DNA from: the human T2T-CHM13v2.0 reference genome, Homo sapiens
DNA length: 64,000 nt
Direction: 5' to 3' (one strand)
Assembly: GCF_009914755.1 (NCBI RefSeq)
Contig: NC_060947.1
Shown: piece after piece, positions 1-13,865 of the stretch
Position numbering within the stretch: the stretch's first letter is position 1
Layout of the letters: each line of letters opens with the position of its first letter
Position numbers and translations under genes: made by a program
The notes under the pieces: model-generated
Seen by the model: the letters and a program-made list of their open reading frames with translations, nothing else
Told to the model about the DNA's origin: nothing
Databases searched by the model: none

Positions 1-3000
1 TCTGTGCTTTTGAGGTCTTTGCCCAGACCAATGTCCTGAAGTGTTTTCTCTATGTTTTCTTCTAGTAGATTAATAGTTTCAGGTCATAGGTTTAAGTCTT
101 TCATCCATTGTGTGTTGATTTTTGTATACAGTGGGAGACAGGAATCCAGTTTCATTCTTCTGCATATAGATATCCAATTTTTCCAGCACCATTTATTGAA
201 GAACATGTCCTTTCCCCAATATATATTCTTGCCATCTCTGTCAAAAATCAGTTGGCTATAAATATATCGATTTATTTCCGGGTTCTCTATTCTCTCTATA
301 TTGGTCTGTGTTTTTATAACAGTTTCATGCTGTTTTTGTTTCTATAGCCTTGTAATATATTTTGAAGTCAGGTAGTGTGATGCCTCCAACTTTGTTCCTT
401 TTGCTCAGGATTGCTGTGCTCTTCTTAGGTTTCATATAATATTTAGGATTGATTTTTCTAATTCTGTGAAGAAAGACATTGGTATTTTCGTAGGGACTGC
501 ACTAAATCTGTTGATTACTTTGGGCAGTATCTTCATTTTAACCATGCCGATTTTTCCAATCCATTAACATGGAATGTCTTTTCATTTGTTTGTGTCCTCT
601 TCAATTTCTTCTTTCATCAGTGTTTTGTATTTTTCCTTATAGAAGTATTTCACATTCTTTGTTAAATTTATTCCAAGTTATTTTATTTTTTGTAGCTGTT
701 GTAAATGGGATTGCCATCTTGATTTCTCAGTTCATTATTGGTGTATAGAAACAATACTGATTTTTTAATGTTGATTTTTGAATCCTGCAACTTTACTGAA
801 TTTATCAGATCTAGAACCCTTCTGGTGAAGTCTTTAGGTTTTCCTAGCTATAAGATATCATCTTTAAAGAAGTACAATTTAAATTCCTCTTTTCCAATTA
901 GGAAGCCTTTTATTTCTATCTCTTGCCTAATTGCTCTGTCTAGGACTTCCAGGACTATATTGAATAGGAGCGGTAAAAGTGAGAATCCTTGTCTAGTTCC
1001 AATTCTTAGAAGAAAGGCTTTAGGTTTTCCCATTCAGTATAATGTTAGCTGTGTTACCATATACAGCCTTTATTATGTCAAGATACACTCCTTCTATGCC
1101 TATTTTGTTGAGTGATTTTTTATCATGAAGAGATGTTGAGTTTTATCAAATGATCTTTCTGCATCTATTGAGATGATTGCATGGTTTTGTTATTTATTCT
1201 GTTGATGTGATATAACATGTCTAGTGATTTCCATATGTTGAACCATCCTTGCATCACTGGGATAAATTTCACTCGATCATGGTGTATCATTTTTTGGATG
1301 TGCTGTTGTTCTGTTCAGGTTTTCTATTTCTTCCTGATTCAATGTTGGTAGGTTGTATGTGTCCAGGAATTTATCCATTTTCTTTAGGTTTTTCCAGTTT
1401 GTTAGCATATAGGTGTTTATGATAGTCACTGATGATCTTGTGTATTTCCGTGCTATCAATTGTTCCATTTCCTTTTTTGTTTCTGATTTTGGTTTTTTTG
1501 CATCTTCTCTATTTCTTGGTGGGTTTAGCTAGTGGCTTGAGATTTTTCTTTCTGGAAAAACATTTTTTTCATTCTTTGTATTTTGTTGTCTCTATTTTTA
1601 GTTCTGCTCTGATATTTACTATTCCTTTCCTTCTACTAATTTTGAATTTGGTTTATTCTTGCTTTTCTAGTTTCTTGGAGTGCATCATTAGATTGTTCAC
1701 TTGAAATCTTTCTACTTTTTTGCACAATTATTGCTATGAACTTCCCTCTTAGTACTGCTGTTGCAGTATTCCATAGGTTTTGGGAAGCTTTGTTTCAATT
1801 TTGTTTCAAGAAATTGTTTTATTTTCTCAATTTCTTCCTTGACATGATGGTCATTCAAAAGCATATTGTTTCATTTCTATGCATTTGTAGAGTTTCCAAA
1901 GTTCCTCTTGATCCTGATTTCTAGTCTTATTCCATTGTGATCTGTGGAGATACTTGATATAATTTTGCTTTTAAAAAATTTGTTGAGACATGTTTTGTGG
2001 CCTAACACATAGTCTATCCTGAAGAATATTCCATGTGCTGACATGAATGTGTATTTTGTAGCTGTTGGAAGGAATGTTCTATAAATGTCTGTTATGTATA
2101 TTTGATCAAATGTGCAATTTAAATCCACTATTTTATTTAATTTTCTGTCTAGATGATCTAATGCTGAGAGTGGGGTGTTGAAGTCCCCAATTATTATTGT
2201 ATCACAGTCTATTTCTCCCTTTAAATCTAATAATATTTGCTTTATATATTTGGGTGCTCTGGTGTTGCGTGCATGTATGTTTAGAATTATATCCTCCTGC
2301 TAAATTGTTCCATTTATTATTATATAAGGACCTTATCTCTTTTTACTGTTTTAAAGTGTGTTTTATCTAATATAAGTGTAACTACTCCTGGTTACTATTG
2401 GTTTCCACTTGCAGGCAATATCTTTTTCCACACCCTTACTTTCAGTCTATATGTGCTTTATAGGTAAGGTGAGGTTCTTGTAGGCAGGATATATTTGAAT
2501 TTTTTTAAATCTATCCAGCCAGTCTATATCTTTTAAGTGGAAAGATTAATCTATTTACTTTCAAGGTTACTATTGATATATGAGGTCTTATTTCTGTCAT
2601 TTTATGAATTGATTTCTTGGGGTTTAATACCCTTTGTTCCTTTTTCCTCTTATAATTGGGGTTTGGTGCTTTTCTTTTAAAATGGTAACATTTAAATTTT
2701 TTCTTTTTCTTATTTGTATGTTTGTTCTACCAGTGGGTTTTATACTTTTTATATTTTCATGAAGGTAAATATTGTTTTTTCACTTCCAAATGTAGGACTG
2801 GTCTAGTGCTGATGAATTCCCTCAGCTTTTGATTTTCTGTGAAGGACTTTATATCACCTTTATTTAAGAAGGCTAACTTTGCTGGGTAAAGCATCTTTGG
2901 CTGGTAGTCCTTTCCTTTCAGCAATTTGGATATGTCATTCCATTCTCTTGGCTTGTAAGGTTTCTGCAGAGAAATATGCTATTATCTGATTGAGGTTCTC

Positions 3001-5276
3001 CTTTAAGTCACTAAATGCTTTCCTTCTGCTATTTGTAGAAGCCTCTTTGTCTTTGACTTTTGACAGTTTTACTCTAATGTGATCTGAAGACGACCTTTTT
3101 GAACTGCATGTATTTAGGGATCTCTGTGTTTCCTCTATCAGAGTGTCTAAATATCTTGCTAGACTTGGGAAGTTTCAGCTATTATTTCATGAAATAGGTT
3201 TTTTATCTCTTTGGTTTTATCTTAGCCTTCTGGAATGCCAAAAATTCAAATACTTGGTCACTTTATGGCATCCTATATGTCATGTAGGCTTTATTCTTTT
3301 CTATTTTCTTTTGTGTCTTACTAAATTATTTCAAAAAACCTGTTTTCAAGTTCTAAAGTTCTTTCTTTTGCTTGATCTAGTTGATTGTTGAAGCTCTTGA
3401 ATGTATTTTTCATTTCATTCAATGAATTCATCTGTTCCAGGATTTCTGTTTGGTTCTTTTTTTATGATACGTATCTCTTTGGTAACTTTTTCATTTATAT
3501 CCTGCATTTTTTTTCTGATTTATTTGTATTATTTATCTGTGATTTATTTGTATTTATCTTTGTATCTGAGTTCCTTTAATATCTTTATTTTGAATTTTTT
3601 TTGGCTACATCTATGTTGTTGGGTAGGCATTGATCTTGGCTGTGTGCAATAGTGTAGGCTCCACATACTTTATTTGGCTAAATATCATCAGTGGCATCTG
3701 CTATTTCCTTCATGTCTTAATGTGTGGTTGTTAGTGGAGGCTGTCGTGAAGTTTTGCTGGGGGCAGGAACACTAGGTGGGCCAGTCCTCAAGCCCCAGTG
3801 ATCACAGCAGTGTGCTGAGTATGACTGTTTTGGGGCCCTAGGGTAGTATGCAGGCATTGTTGTTAGCAGATCCATGCAAGTTGATTCTTGCACCAGCAGT
3901 GGGATTGCCCAGGTGCCAGCAATCATTCAGGTATGTGGGCAGGTCCTTGGGCCCCTAGGCAGCAGGCATGGCAATAGTGATGGCAGTCATGGTATCATGA
4001 CTATCATGGTATCATGGTAGTGGCAGGACAACCTTCTGGCTCCTAAACAATCTGCATTGGTGTTGGCAGTGGCTGTGATGAGCTTGCAGGGCCAGGCCCT
4101 GGGCTTGCAAGTGGTGCATGTAGTTGGGTGCCAGCTGTGGTGGTAGTTTCAGGTTGGGTGGGCCTGTCTTCAAGGCCCCAAGAGGAGTGCTGAGGTGCCA
4201 ACAGTGATAGACTGGACAAAACAGTCCCCAGGCTCCCGGACAACATGCTCAGACACTGGGTAGAAGGTGGGGACTCAAAGTCAGGTATGATGGACCTGTC
4301 CTCAAGCCAGCCAGCTTTTGGGTGCTGACTAAGGTGGGAAGGGATGGGGTGATCCCCAAGCTCCTGGTGGAGTGATTGGGTATGGGTGGTAGTGGCTATA
4401 CTATAGCCTTGATCCTGGGGAAGGCAGAATTGCTTTCAGTGTCAGTAGCCATAGACAGACAGCTGGGGATACATGCTTTAGCCCCTGTTGTGACTGCGAG
4501 CAGTGAAGCCCAACTTTGGAGCACTTGTAAATGCACAGCAGCCCCTGTGCTGGCAAAGGGGGAGCAGGGTCACTGCCAGTGGAGCATGCTTTGGTACTCA
4601 GTGGCAGCAGTCTGCAGGTAGGGGGAGTTTGTCCTCAGGGCACATGAAAATGTGTGGTGGCCTTGCTGCCAGGGACTGTGGGGTCATTGTGAATGTGTTG
4701 TGCTTTGGCCCTGGCAGCTGCAGCCAACAGTGTCAGTGGCTGCAGGCAGGGGATGTCAATGGGGCTCTAGGGATGTGGAGATACAGAGCTGTTGAGCCCC
4801 ATGGGTGAATGCAGTCTGGTTGGGGCTGGGCTTTCAAAATGGTGCTGTGCTGTAGTTGCTTAAGACTCGGGGTGTGTGGGACCCAGTGTGAGCTCCTTCT
4901 CTGGAGCAATGCCTTCATGCAGTCTCCAGGCAGCTTTCTATGTTACTCTCAGAGCCTGCAAGGGTTGAGTGGCTCTCCTATGGTTAGAATTCCAGGAGTC
5001 CACAGTGTGAATGTGAATCTTCTGGGGTCTCTTGCTTACTCTTTCTCCGCATTGGGAAGCTACTTTGGGCTCCCAGCTAATCTCAGCTGAGCAGACTGTC
5101 TTACTTCCCTCAGCTTTTTCGTTTTAGGTATTTCCTGTCACTTCTCTGTTGAGTTCTGGAGTTCTCTTAGATGATCTATTTGGACTGCGATTGTCTACTC
5201 ACTGTTTTGGTTCTTCTTTGTGAAGTAGGTGAGTACCAGATGCTTCTAGCCAGCTACCTTGAGGCACCCCCTTCCC
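1..5276 (-). mobile_element. Old LINE-1 (L1MA/L1M2-like): 5'UTR (~3650-5276), decayed ORF1 (~2700-3600) and ORF2; continues beyond the window start
   Basis: Minus-strand peptides match L1 ORF2 ([27 protein letters not shown]; [23 protein letters not shown]; endonuclease RIDYVLGHK...STDHNGIRLEI). Many stops and frameshifts. A GC-richer segment ends in an L1M-type 5' start. Confidence 0.92.
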
Positions 5277-6859
5277 ATGTTTCTTACTTTCTAGATCTCT
5301 GATCTTTCTAGTATGCTTGACTAAAAAAAAAAAATCTCACATTTGACTGTTTAGTAAATCAAGGACAGCAGTCAACATGAGGTTTATGCTATTATATACT
5401 GTTTTGACTCTTTCTTAGGGTTAATGAAAACAACTCAGGATGTTTGGAAGGGTGTACATTTTAGTTACAGAAAGGATTAGGTAGATCTATTCTACTAATT
5501 CAAGTACAAAAGGTCATAGGCTAGAGAAGAAGTGGTTATAACATAAAATCTAAGGTTGTCTAGTGTTACTACAATATGCAAATCCAATAATTGAAGAAAT
5601 AGGGTTATCAAACTTAGAAGGTTAAGAGAGCAGACTCAAATGAGCTATAATGTCAACAAATTCATATTTTCTGTGTTTAGAAGAGTGTCACTTGTCCTTT
5701 GAAATGCTTGTTTTCTGAGGGACTGAGAATACTATTTCTCTTTTCATGCAACTGGAAGAAAATTCTGTGAATAATTCAAATAAAATACAGAGCATGGTCT
5801 GCATTCTTGTGGAGTTTGCAGTATAACCATTAATGCAAAAACAAAAGAAAATGAATAATTAGGGAAAAATTAAATGAAATTCACATGTGCTAATAGCTAT
5901 AAGCACAATTGGTTCAGAGAAAAAGGTGGATCACTGGGCTAGAGTGGCCAGAGAAGCCTTTATGGTAGAGGTCGAATTAAATTTGGCCTTGAAATCAGGA
6001 ATACAAGCTTCAAAAATATTCACATCCTTGGTCTCAGTGAATCCAATAAGAATCCAACCAAAGAAATTAAAAATGCAGCCAAATACATCTTAGCACACCT
6101 TGTAACAGTGAAAAATCCTGAATGCGTCTCAAATAGAGAAATGATCAAATAAATTATAGTAGAGGAATACATGGGAATAGTATGCAGCTATTGAAATGAA
6201 GTTTTTGAAGAACTACTCATGATTGAAAAATACTTATATTGTTGTCAATAAAAAGGATAATACACAACTTTATACTGTATTTATAAAGATCATTTCAACA
6301 AAGACTCTTTAAAAGTCAATAAAATGTATTATATTTCTAGTAGAAAAAGAGTAATACAGACACTTGCCTCAGAGACCAGAAAAGTTACAGCAGAGGTTGT
6401 CTTATTTCCAAGAAAGCACATACAGTAGCTGCTGGCTATCCAAGTTCCTCCATCCTCTCCTGAGGACTCCTTATATCAAAGAGAGCCTGTAGAAGATACC
6501 TTAAGAGTCTTATCACCACCCACTACATGAAATGGCAAGCTCAGCTAATCTAGGATAGATAATGTTGAGTTAAGGCAGGAAAAATATCAAATAGGTGAAA
6601 ATACAACTGACTCTAAAATAAGTGCAAGGTGAGATTCTGGAGAACAACTCTTGCTTGGATGGCCAGGGGAAACAAAGTAGGAAAAAAGAGAAGCTGTAGA
6701 AGGGATACAGACAGGTGGAGGGGGAGGCAACTGAGAACCTGATATGGATGAGACAGCATCAATGTATTATTTGAATCATTTTCTGAGATCATTCTGAAGG
6801 TATTCTTGGTCCTGGTCAGATAGGCATAAAAGCAGCCTCCGGCCCAACAACTGAAATCC

Positions 6860-7412
6860 TGGGTACCTACCCAACAGAAACAAAAAGATGTGTCTGCATA
6901 AAAGCTTGCACGCTACTGTTCATAGTGGCTTTATTCATAGAAGCCAAAAAGTCAAAAAAAAAATCACAGATATTCAACTTCTGAATGAATTTTTAAAATG
7001 CAATATATCCATAAAATGGAATATTACTCAGCAATAAAAAGAAGCAATGATACATGCTATGGCATGCATGAATCTGTAAAACATTATGGTAAGTGAAAGA
7101 AGCCACATGCAACAGGTTTTATTGGATAAATCCATTTATATGATATGTCCATAATAGGCTAATCTATAGAGACAGAAAATGATTACTTAGAGGTGGGGAT
7201 GGGATGGTGGTTTTGGTGGGTGGTATCAGGAATGTGAATAACTGCTTAAGGGTATGGGGTTTCTATTTGAGGTGATGGAATGTTCTAAAATTAGATCATA
7301 GTAATGGCTGTACAACTCTGTACATTTTCTAAAAATTATTGAATTATACACTTAAAATGAGCAAATTATTCAGTAGGTAAATTATACTTTTATAAAGCTA
7401 TGAAAAAATAAA
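6860..7412 (+). mobile_element. Old L1 (L1MB/L1ME-type) 3' end fragment
   Basis: Typical L1M 3'UTR motifs (AATGGAATATTACTCAGCAATAAAAAG, AAGTGAAAGAAGCCA, GGGTTTCTATTTGAGGTGATGGAATGTTCTAAAATTAGAT), ending A-rich. Confidence 0.8.
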
Positions 7413-7870
7413 AATAGCTTATTAAGACCTCTCCCTGAGTCTGCATAAGTCCATGTCTATATGACCACTTGGCCTTCCACAAAGAAAATTTGAACCCTGA
7501 TAATAGGTTTTTATGTCTAGTGGAACCCTCTTAGCTCCAGAGAGCCTCAGAATACAAGGGTCCCATTGGAGTGGAGTTTTCCCAGGATATATTTTATGAT
7601 GGTGTGGAAGGAAATTGGCTCTGGCCTATTGGCATCATTGTATAGTTGGGCTAGAATACTTGTACAAGGTGACCTAGGTCCAACTCAAAGGGCACGAGGA
7701 AGGAGAGAGAATATGATCATTTAAGGCCCACTAGCCACAAAAGGCTTGTGGGTTACTTGGGGAGATCATCCGAAGCCAGCTACTGTTAGTGTGGCTCTTT
7801 CTGAAGCTAGCTCTGGCCAGGTGTCCTCCATGCATAGGCCTCTGTGTGGGTGGTGGTGGTGGGCAGGAGG

Positions 7871-8083
7871 CAGTGATGTGCGAAAGCTGGCTCCTACTTC
7901 CTTGCAATAAGCTATTCAGCACAAATCTCTTCCCAACTCCATGTTCAGTAATACCATGGTAGTAGCTTAAAATCAACCATGGTGAGTTTATATCATGAAA
8001 ATTGGCAGATGCTACAAATCAAATCAATCATTTATGAATTTTTGTTTTAATAGAGTCACTCGTTAAACATTGAACCACCAATG
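7871..8083. mobile_element. MER63-like hAT-Blackjack DNA transposon relic
   Basis: Starts CAGTGATGTGCGAAAGCTGGCTC; internal AAAATCAACCATGGTGAG...GAAAATTGGCAGATGCTACAAATC resembles MER63. Confidence 0.55.
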
Positions 8084-8776
8084 AGGGCCAAGCATGCATC
8101 TTATGTATGTGTTCATCTGTTGGCAATGTGTCATTGGCTCCTGTATTTGAGGTTAGTGGTCTCTCCAGCTTTGTGACTGTTGGGTTGTCCACTGAAAGTC
8201 TTGAAGATGTGGGTGTAGGAAGGCTACTGACCCATGTTATCTTTAAGATTCTGGATCTAAGATTAAAGAACATGGCATTGACTAGCAGTCTGCACCCTAA
8301 GGAAAGAAAGACACACTAGGCATAGTGCAGGACTTTGAGCATCAGCAACAACTTTGTGTAAAACCCCTGGAATATCTCATCCTCCATTTACCTGCTGTTA
8401 CCAAACCAAAGAAAATGGAGAAAAACTGGTTCAGTGTTCCCAATTTCCTGAATGCCTTTGATGCCCTTTATGTAGAAGCTCAGCTGCAGTTTCATAAAGA
8501 AGCATGTGGGAATGCCACTGATGTGTGGCTATAGAAGAACAAGGAGTATTCTTCTTTGTTAGGATAGAACATAAAGACTAAGTTTGCATTGTAGAAATAT
8601 TGCTTAAAGTTAAAAAAGAGCACAGTGAGTTGGCAGGTGTTAACTTTCTGAAATCAAGGCCAAAGTCAAGGGTGGAATCTTCATTTGATAGGTGGGTAGA
8701 ACCATTGGCAAATTCGATGTTGAGAGCTTTGGAATATTAGGTGAAAATGCCTCCAAACTTCTTTGACAATTAATAG

Positions 8777-9225
8777 TGTCAAAATATAAAATTTCAACAA
8801 ATTTAGTTAAATGAGCTAATTTGTTTTTATTTGCAATTCATGAATTGGCTAGCATCTCATCTAAAAGTAGAGAGGCACAATGCTGGGCATGAAATAACAG
8901 TCAGTTTTCATAAGGTAGCTTGAGCAGGAGCAAGGAAACAGCATAATACAAAAAGGGGATTGGTTAACATGAGATTACTCCAGGTTACTTTTCTTGTAAG
9001 GGTTAAAGCAGAGAGGACTTCCTTTTCATGCTGGCTAAAACAGATCTGTTCGGGATTTGGCCATTATCTCTCCAGATTTCTTGGAATGTAAACAGATAAA
9101 CAACTTAGTTTCGGTTTGGTGACCTGGAATTTTAGCATGAGTGACTTCATTTTGGTCTGGTCTATTGGAGACTAGTGTTAAGAGCTCAGTCCAAATCTAT
9201 GGTCTCCTATAAATTTTATTTAACA
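8777..9225 (-). mobile_element. Solo ERV1 LTR (MER65/MER93-like, MER4 group)
   Basis: TG...CA termini; minus strand begins TGTTAAATAAAATTTATAGGAGACCATAGATTTGGACTGAGCTC; flanks ATAG/ATCG are a decayed 4-bp TSD. Confidence 0.8.
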
Positions 9226-12104
9226 ATCGTTTTGGCGTATCTCTTCCTCCAGATGTGGTAGAATTATCAGTCATTTTCAATGTCTTTAAATTTTTTTCTG
9301 TATTTTACTAAATTCCCGAATGTGTGAAATTATTGATTTTATAATCAAATTAAAGTTATCTAAAAATAGGATTTTAAAAATTGGAAGTCAGAAAAGAGAA
9401 CATGATAAATCAAGGGAATAGCAAAAAGTAAACAAGTTCAGGACAGGCTTGAAAGTCAAGCACAGAAGTTCGAATTTAATAGCAATAGGGAGTTATTACA
9501 TACTCTTCATTAGTATAGGGAAAATTTTGTGCTTTAGTGAAAACGAGGCATTGTTTAGAGCACACCCTTTTAGATTATCAGGTTCTAACCTTTGATTGCC
9601 CTTGAGCCATTGTACAACTCTAAATTTTAAGGAACTGATGGCAATAATGCAAATGATTCTTGTCTATGGATGTGGAAGTGAATTCTATCCAGAAGAGGGA
9701 GGCCACCTCTGCCAAAAAAAAAAAAAAAAAAAAAAAAAAGTTTACCCCCATTTGCAAGTTCATTTCAATATTCTAGATCTATACATGTGTCTTTGTACCC
9801 ACTGTAAAAGTTGCCAGATTCTCTCATTAATAATGACTTGAAATCACTAACACATGTCACTTTATATCTGTGAAAGAGTCATAATTTTTATTTTTGAAAA
9901 TTATCTTTTAACAGTAGGCAAGTGTACTGGATGAGAGTAATGTTTTTAATGCAGATATAACACACAGGCAAACTTCCCCAAGTGTGCTGCCTGATAACTT
10001 AAAAGGAAGATAACTGAACACAAACAGAAGTCAGAAAAAAAGATTAAAATTATATAAGTAGTTCTATGGTAAAAGCAATCTGAATTTGGCTAAGTACAAT
10101 AGCAGCCTGTTTTCATCAGCAGTCTGGTTGTTGTGACCTTTCTGCTTTTGCACTGACAGTGTTTTTCTCATTTTCTTTTCTTCATTGCTAAACTGAATAA
10201 GATACAAACAAATCTTCTGTTAGACAAGAATCCCATCTTCCTTTTTTGCTTGGGGCCTTTTGTGTTCTATTATGATAATTTACAAAAGTTAATAAATGAA
10301 CTCCTCAATTATCTGTGCTGACTTGAGGGAGTATCAGCACACAAAAGCATTACTAATCAGCCCAGAACTTTCTCTTCTACCACAACAATATTTAAGAGGG
10401 AATGTAGGAGGCAGGCACCAGTGAGTTCCTAAATGTCTGCCCATGGACAATCAAGTCTACCTGGAACACTTTGAAAAGAATCAGATACCTAAGGCACCAC
10501 TCTACAGATTCTGATTCTGGGGTTATTAATATGCTTCTGAATGATTCTCATCCCAACCCAAGCCCAGTTTGGGAATAGTGCAGGTGAAAGAGTGAATTCA
10601 AATGGATCTTTCTTTGATGTCTGCCCTCTAAATGGACCTCTTTAAAATGCTTTCCGTTGTTTCAGCCTGCAACAAGACAGTGCTAGAAAGGCAAACACAT
10701 ACTATTCTAACTTGTCCATAAAGAAGGAAGAGAGAGCAGGGATTTCCAATGAGGCTATTACTGGTAAAACTAGTCAGGGGTTGGGTAGGGAGGGGGTTAG
10801 AGAAAGGCTTAAGAAAAAATCCTTGTGTTCCCAGTATTTTACATTCCCAATTAACTTGCTTCTTCAGTAATTGGCTGGGACAAAGGAGGTGTTAAAGGCT
10901 TTAGCAGAGAAAGCAATAAAATGTGGGCTTTGTGATGGAACAGAAGGGAGGCATTAAAAAGTAGTAGGGAAAGCCCATGCAAAGACTGAGGTGGGTGGAA
11001 AAGGGGACCATAAGATCAGCCAAGTGATGAGTGGGAGGTGACTCCTAGAGAACATGCAAAATCAAGATCTTTAGTCATGGCTCAACAGGAGATGAGAAAT
11101 GTTTGAAACAAAGCAGTCTTTTATGTATCTCACAAAATGGTTCCTTGGGAGGCTATTCAGAACACACTACTTTGAATTACCTGATCTTTAAATGTATTTT
11201 GATTGTGAGGGTTTAATTATTTTTAAATGACTAAATTACAATCTACTCTATAATATGGTTATTTTCCTTTGGTTTTTGATCTGTTTTACTGGAAGCCCAG
11301 TGGACTTATTCAATCTAGGCTCAAAGAACTTGACTCTTTACAAAGGTTTACCCATCAAAACCATAACAATACATGATCCTTCTTCCCAGTCAGATATGCT
11401 ACTATGTAAATTTATATATTAGAGAGTGAAAAATACACATCCTGTCAGAATCACTGACCTCAACAAGAAACGATGACTATAACACACAAGTGCAAGATGA
11501 ACTACTAGCTAGAGGCTTGATAAACAACAAGTCAAAGAATAACCATACTGAAAATGTAATCCTTGTCAGAAACACTGAAATTTCTGGTAGATACTCAAAC
11601 CAAGAAAGTGACATTTAGTCCAAAGTCCTACCTGTCAGGGGTCATCAGTGGACTGAATTTAAAAAAGAAAAAAATATTATTATTTTTGTCATTTCATATT
11701 TAGATATTTACTGTAAATAGAGCAGTCTGTTAAATTTTTTTTCCAAAATAGACAACTAGAAATAGAGATAGTTTTACTTTTTTGAATACTTGCGAATTCC
11801 TTCAGAGTCTCAAGGCCTGATCCATTTCTAGGTCTTCAGTTTTCTCAAGTTCTTTGAAGATTTAGGTTGACTGAACTGGAGAATAAAAAGCACAGGACAA
11901 AAATGGGTTTTTCAGGCAGTTCCTGCTATGCCAGAGACATCCCAGATCCCAGGCACTCTAAGTGAGTCTATTAAATATTATGGAACATGGTAGAGTATAA
12001 TTTGAAACAACACAATACAAACAGATGGACTAAAATGTTAGCAAGTCCAGTTCTATTCCCAGGTGCATGAATAACTCTGTGATGTTGTTGATGATAATAT
12101 TAAC

Positions 12105-12262
12105 AAACCGATGGCTAAAATTTATTAAGCCTTTGTGTAGGTAGTACTGTTCCAAGTGATTTTATCATATCTTATTTCATCCACACAACACTCCAATAAA
12201 GTGGTAACCATTATTGTTCCTATTTTATAGGGAGAGAAATTGAGGCACAGAACTGTTACATT
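12105..12262 (-). mobile_element. MIR SINE fragment
   Basis: MIR core: ATTATTGTTCCTATTTTATAGGGAGAGAAATTGAGGCACAGA. Confidence 0.75.
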
Positions 12263-12849
12263 AGAGGCTTTTGTTTCATTTACTAATTTATTACAGAAAG
12301 AAGGAAAGGATACCAGTTCTTTGTACCAAAGTTCTTCTGAGCTATAAATGCTGAGCACTTTCTGAGGTTCTATAATATCTTTTAATATAACATATGAATT
12401 CAATAACACATTTCCTGCCTTCTACTAAATTTATCCTAGGAAAATATCACCAGCTGAAATTTATTACTTGACTTGGAATTTATCAATTCTATTTGCACCC
12501 TCTACAGAAAGTACACAGTTGCTTATGCAGTCTTTGAGGTGTGCTTCTAAAGTAATAAAACTGATTTTCATTTGTGGTCAATGAAAACCCCTCTTTTCAT
12601 TTAAAGTCATACCTATAAGGCAGAAGCATGAAGTTATTATTTATATGATAAAGGTTAACATTGAGAGAGATAAGACTTTTTACTTCTCAGCACAGTGGCT
12701 CTCTATGGCGCCTATAGCAACAAATAAACTAATATTACAGAAAGTTACCTCTGGTGGGGCCTACAACCAGGGCTTCAAGATCCTCTCTCTGAGAAGAGTC
12801 CTTTTGTAATTAAACTGTTGTTTCCCAATATTGCCTGTTATTAAAATCA

Positions 12850-13052
12850 CTACATTGCTGTTGAATAGAACATTCCAAGATGATGGAAACACATTATAAT
12901 CTGTGCTATCTAGTATAGTACCCACTAGCCACATGTGGCTATTGAGCACTTGAAATGTGACTAATGCCACAGAGAAATATAATTTAATTTTAATTAACTT
13001 AAATTTAAATAGCCACAAGTAGTTAATGACTACTACTATATTAGACAGTGCA
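12850..13052. mobile_element. MER3 hAT-Charlie element, with MER5-like debris on its flank
   Basis: CCACTAGCCACATGTGGCTATTGAGCACTTGAAATGTG core and TTAAATTTAAATAGCCACA. Confidence 0.8.
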
Positions 13053-13865
13053 GAACGTTTGCCAAAAATTCACATCCCTGGGCCCTATATATATAGATCT
13101 AATGACCCGTAGAATCAGAATAATTAGTGCAGTGTCATTTCAATCTGCATTATTAACATTAAGTTAGTCAATGCTGACTGAACATTCAGTTTATTTAGAC
13201 TTCTTCAAATTGCTATTATTCTTCAAGCCCATAATTCTAGGCCACTTCTGTTTCCAAACATAACACTGCATATAAGATATATTCAGTTATTTATACTCAG
13301 CATATTGTCATATTATAGAAAAATGAGCTATATTGTTACCAAGAGCCATGAGTATACTATGCTTCCTACACAGGCCTAGAATTGGTACTTAACTTTAAGA
13401 AAGTACCACATATAAAACTTTGCATTTTCAAAAAAGATAAATTAGGAAGTAATTATTCATTTCACAAAAGAATTCACCAAAGGGCTACTTTAAATATATA
13501 GCTCTCCTAAAATGAATTCTAAATCAGATTCAATTAAAAAAATTCAATTTGCACACAAATGTTCAAGAACCCATCTGTTGCCTCAAACCATCTACACCTG
13601 TGGATCATTTGCAATACCTCTGGAGACTGCAAGAGGTTTTTGCCATAAAAGCTATCATGCTGAAGCTGAAAGCACCCTATTCTATACTTTCAGGAGCTAA
13701 CCTTCACTGTGTAAGCACATAATCTATGCCTTCTGGTGAGTTTTCTTTCCTTGGATGCTAAGTGCTATCTACAATATTTAGCTCAATTCAGTATCATTGC
13801 CAAATGGATCAAACAAAAGATTCTATTTGGAAGTTCTTTGAAAATGAAAACAAAAAGTAACATCC

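Noticed and set aside
1295-1320. Internal deletion of a few hundred bp in the old L1 ORF2
   Set aside because: Ordinary post-insertion decay, with nothing suggesting function
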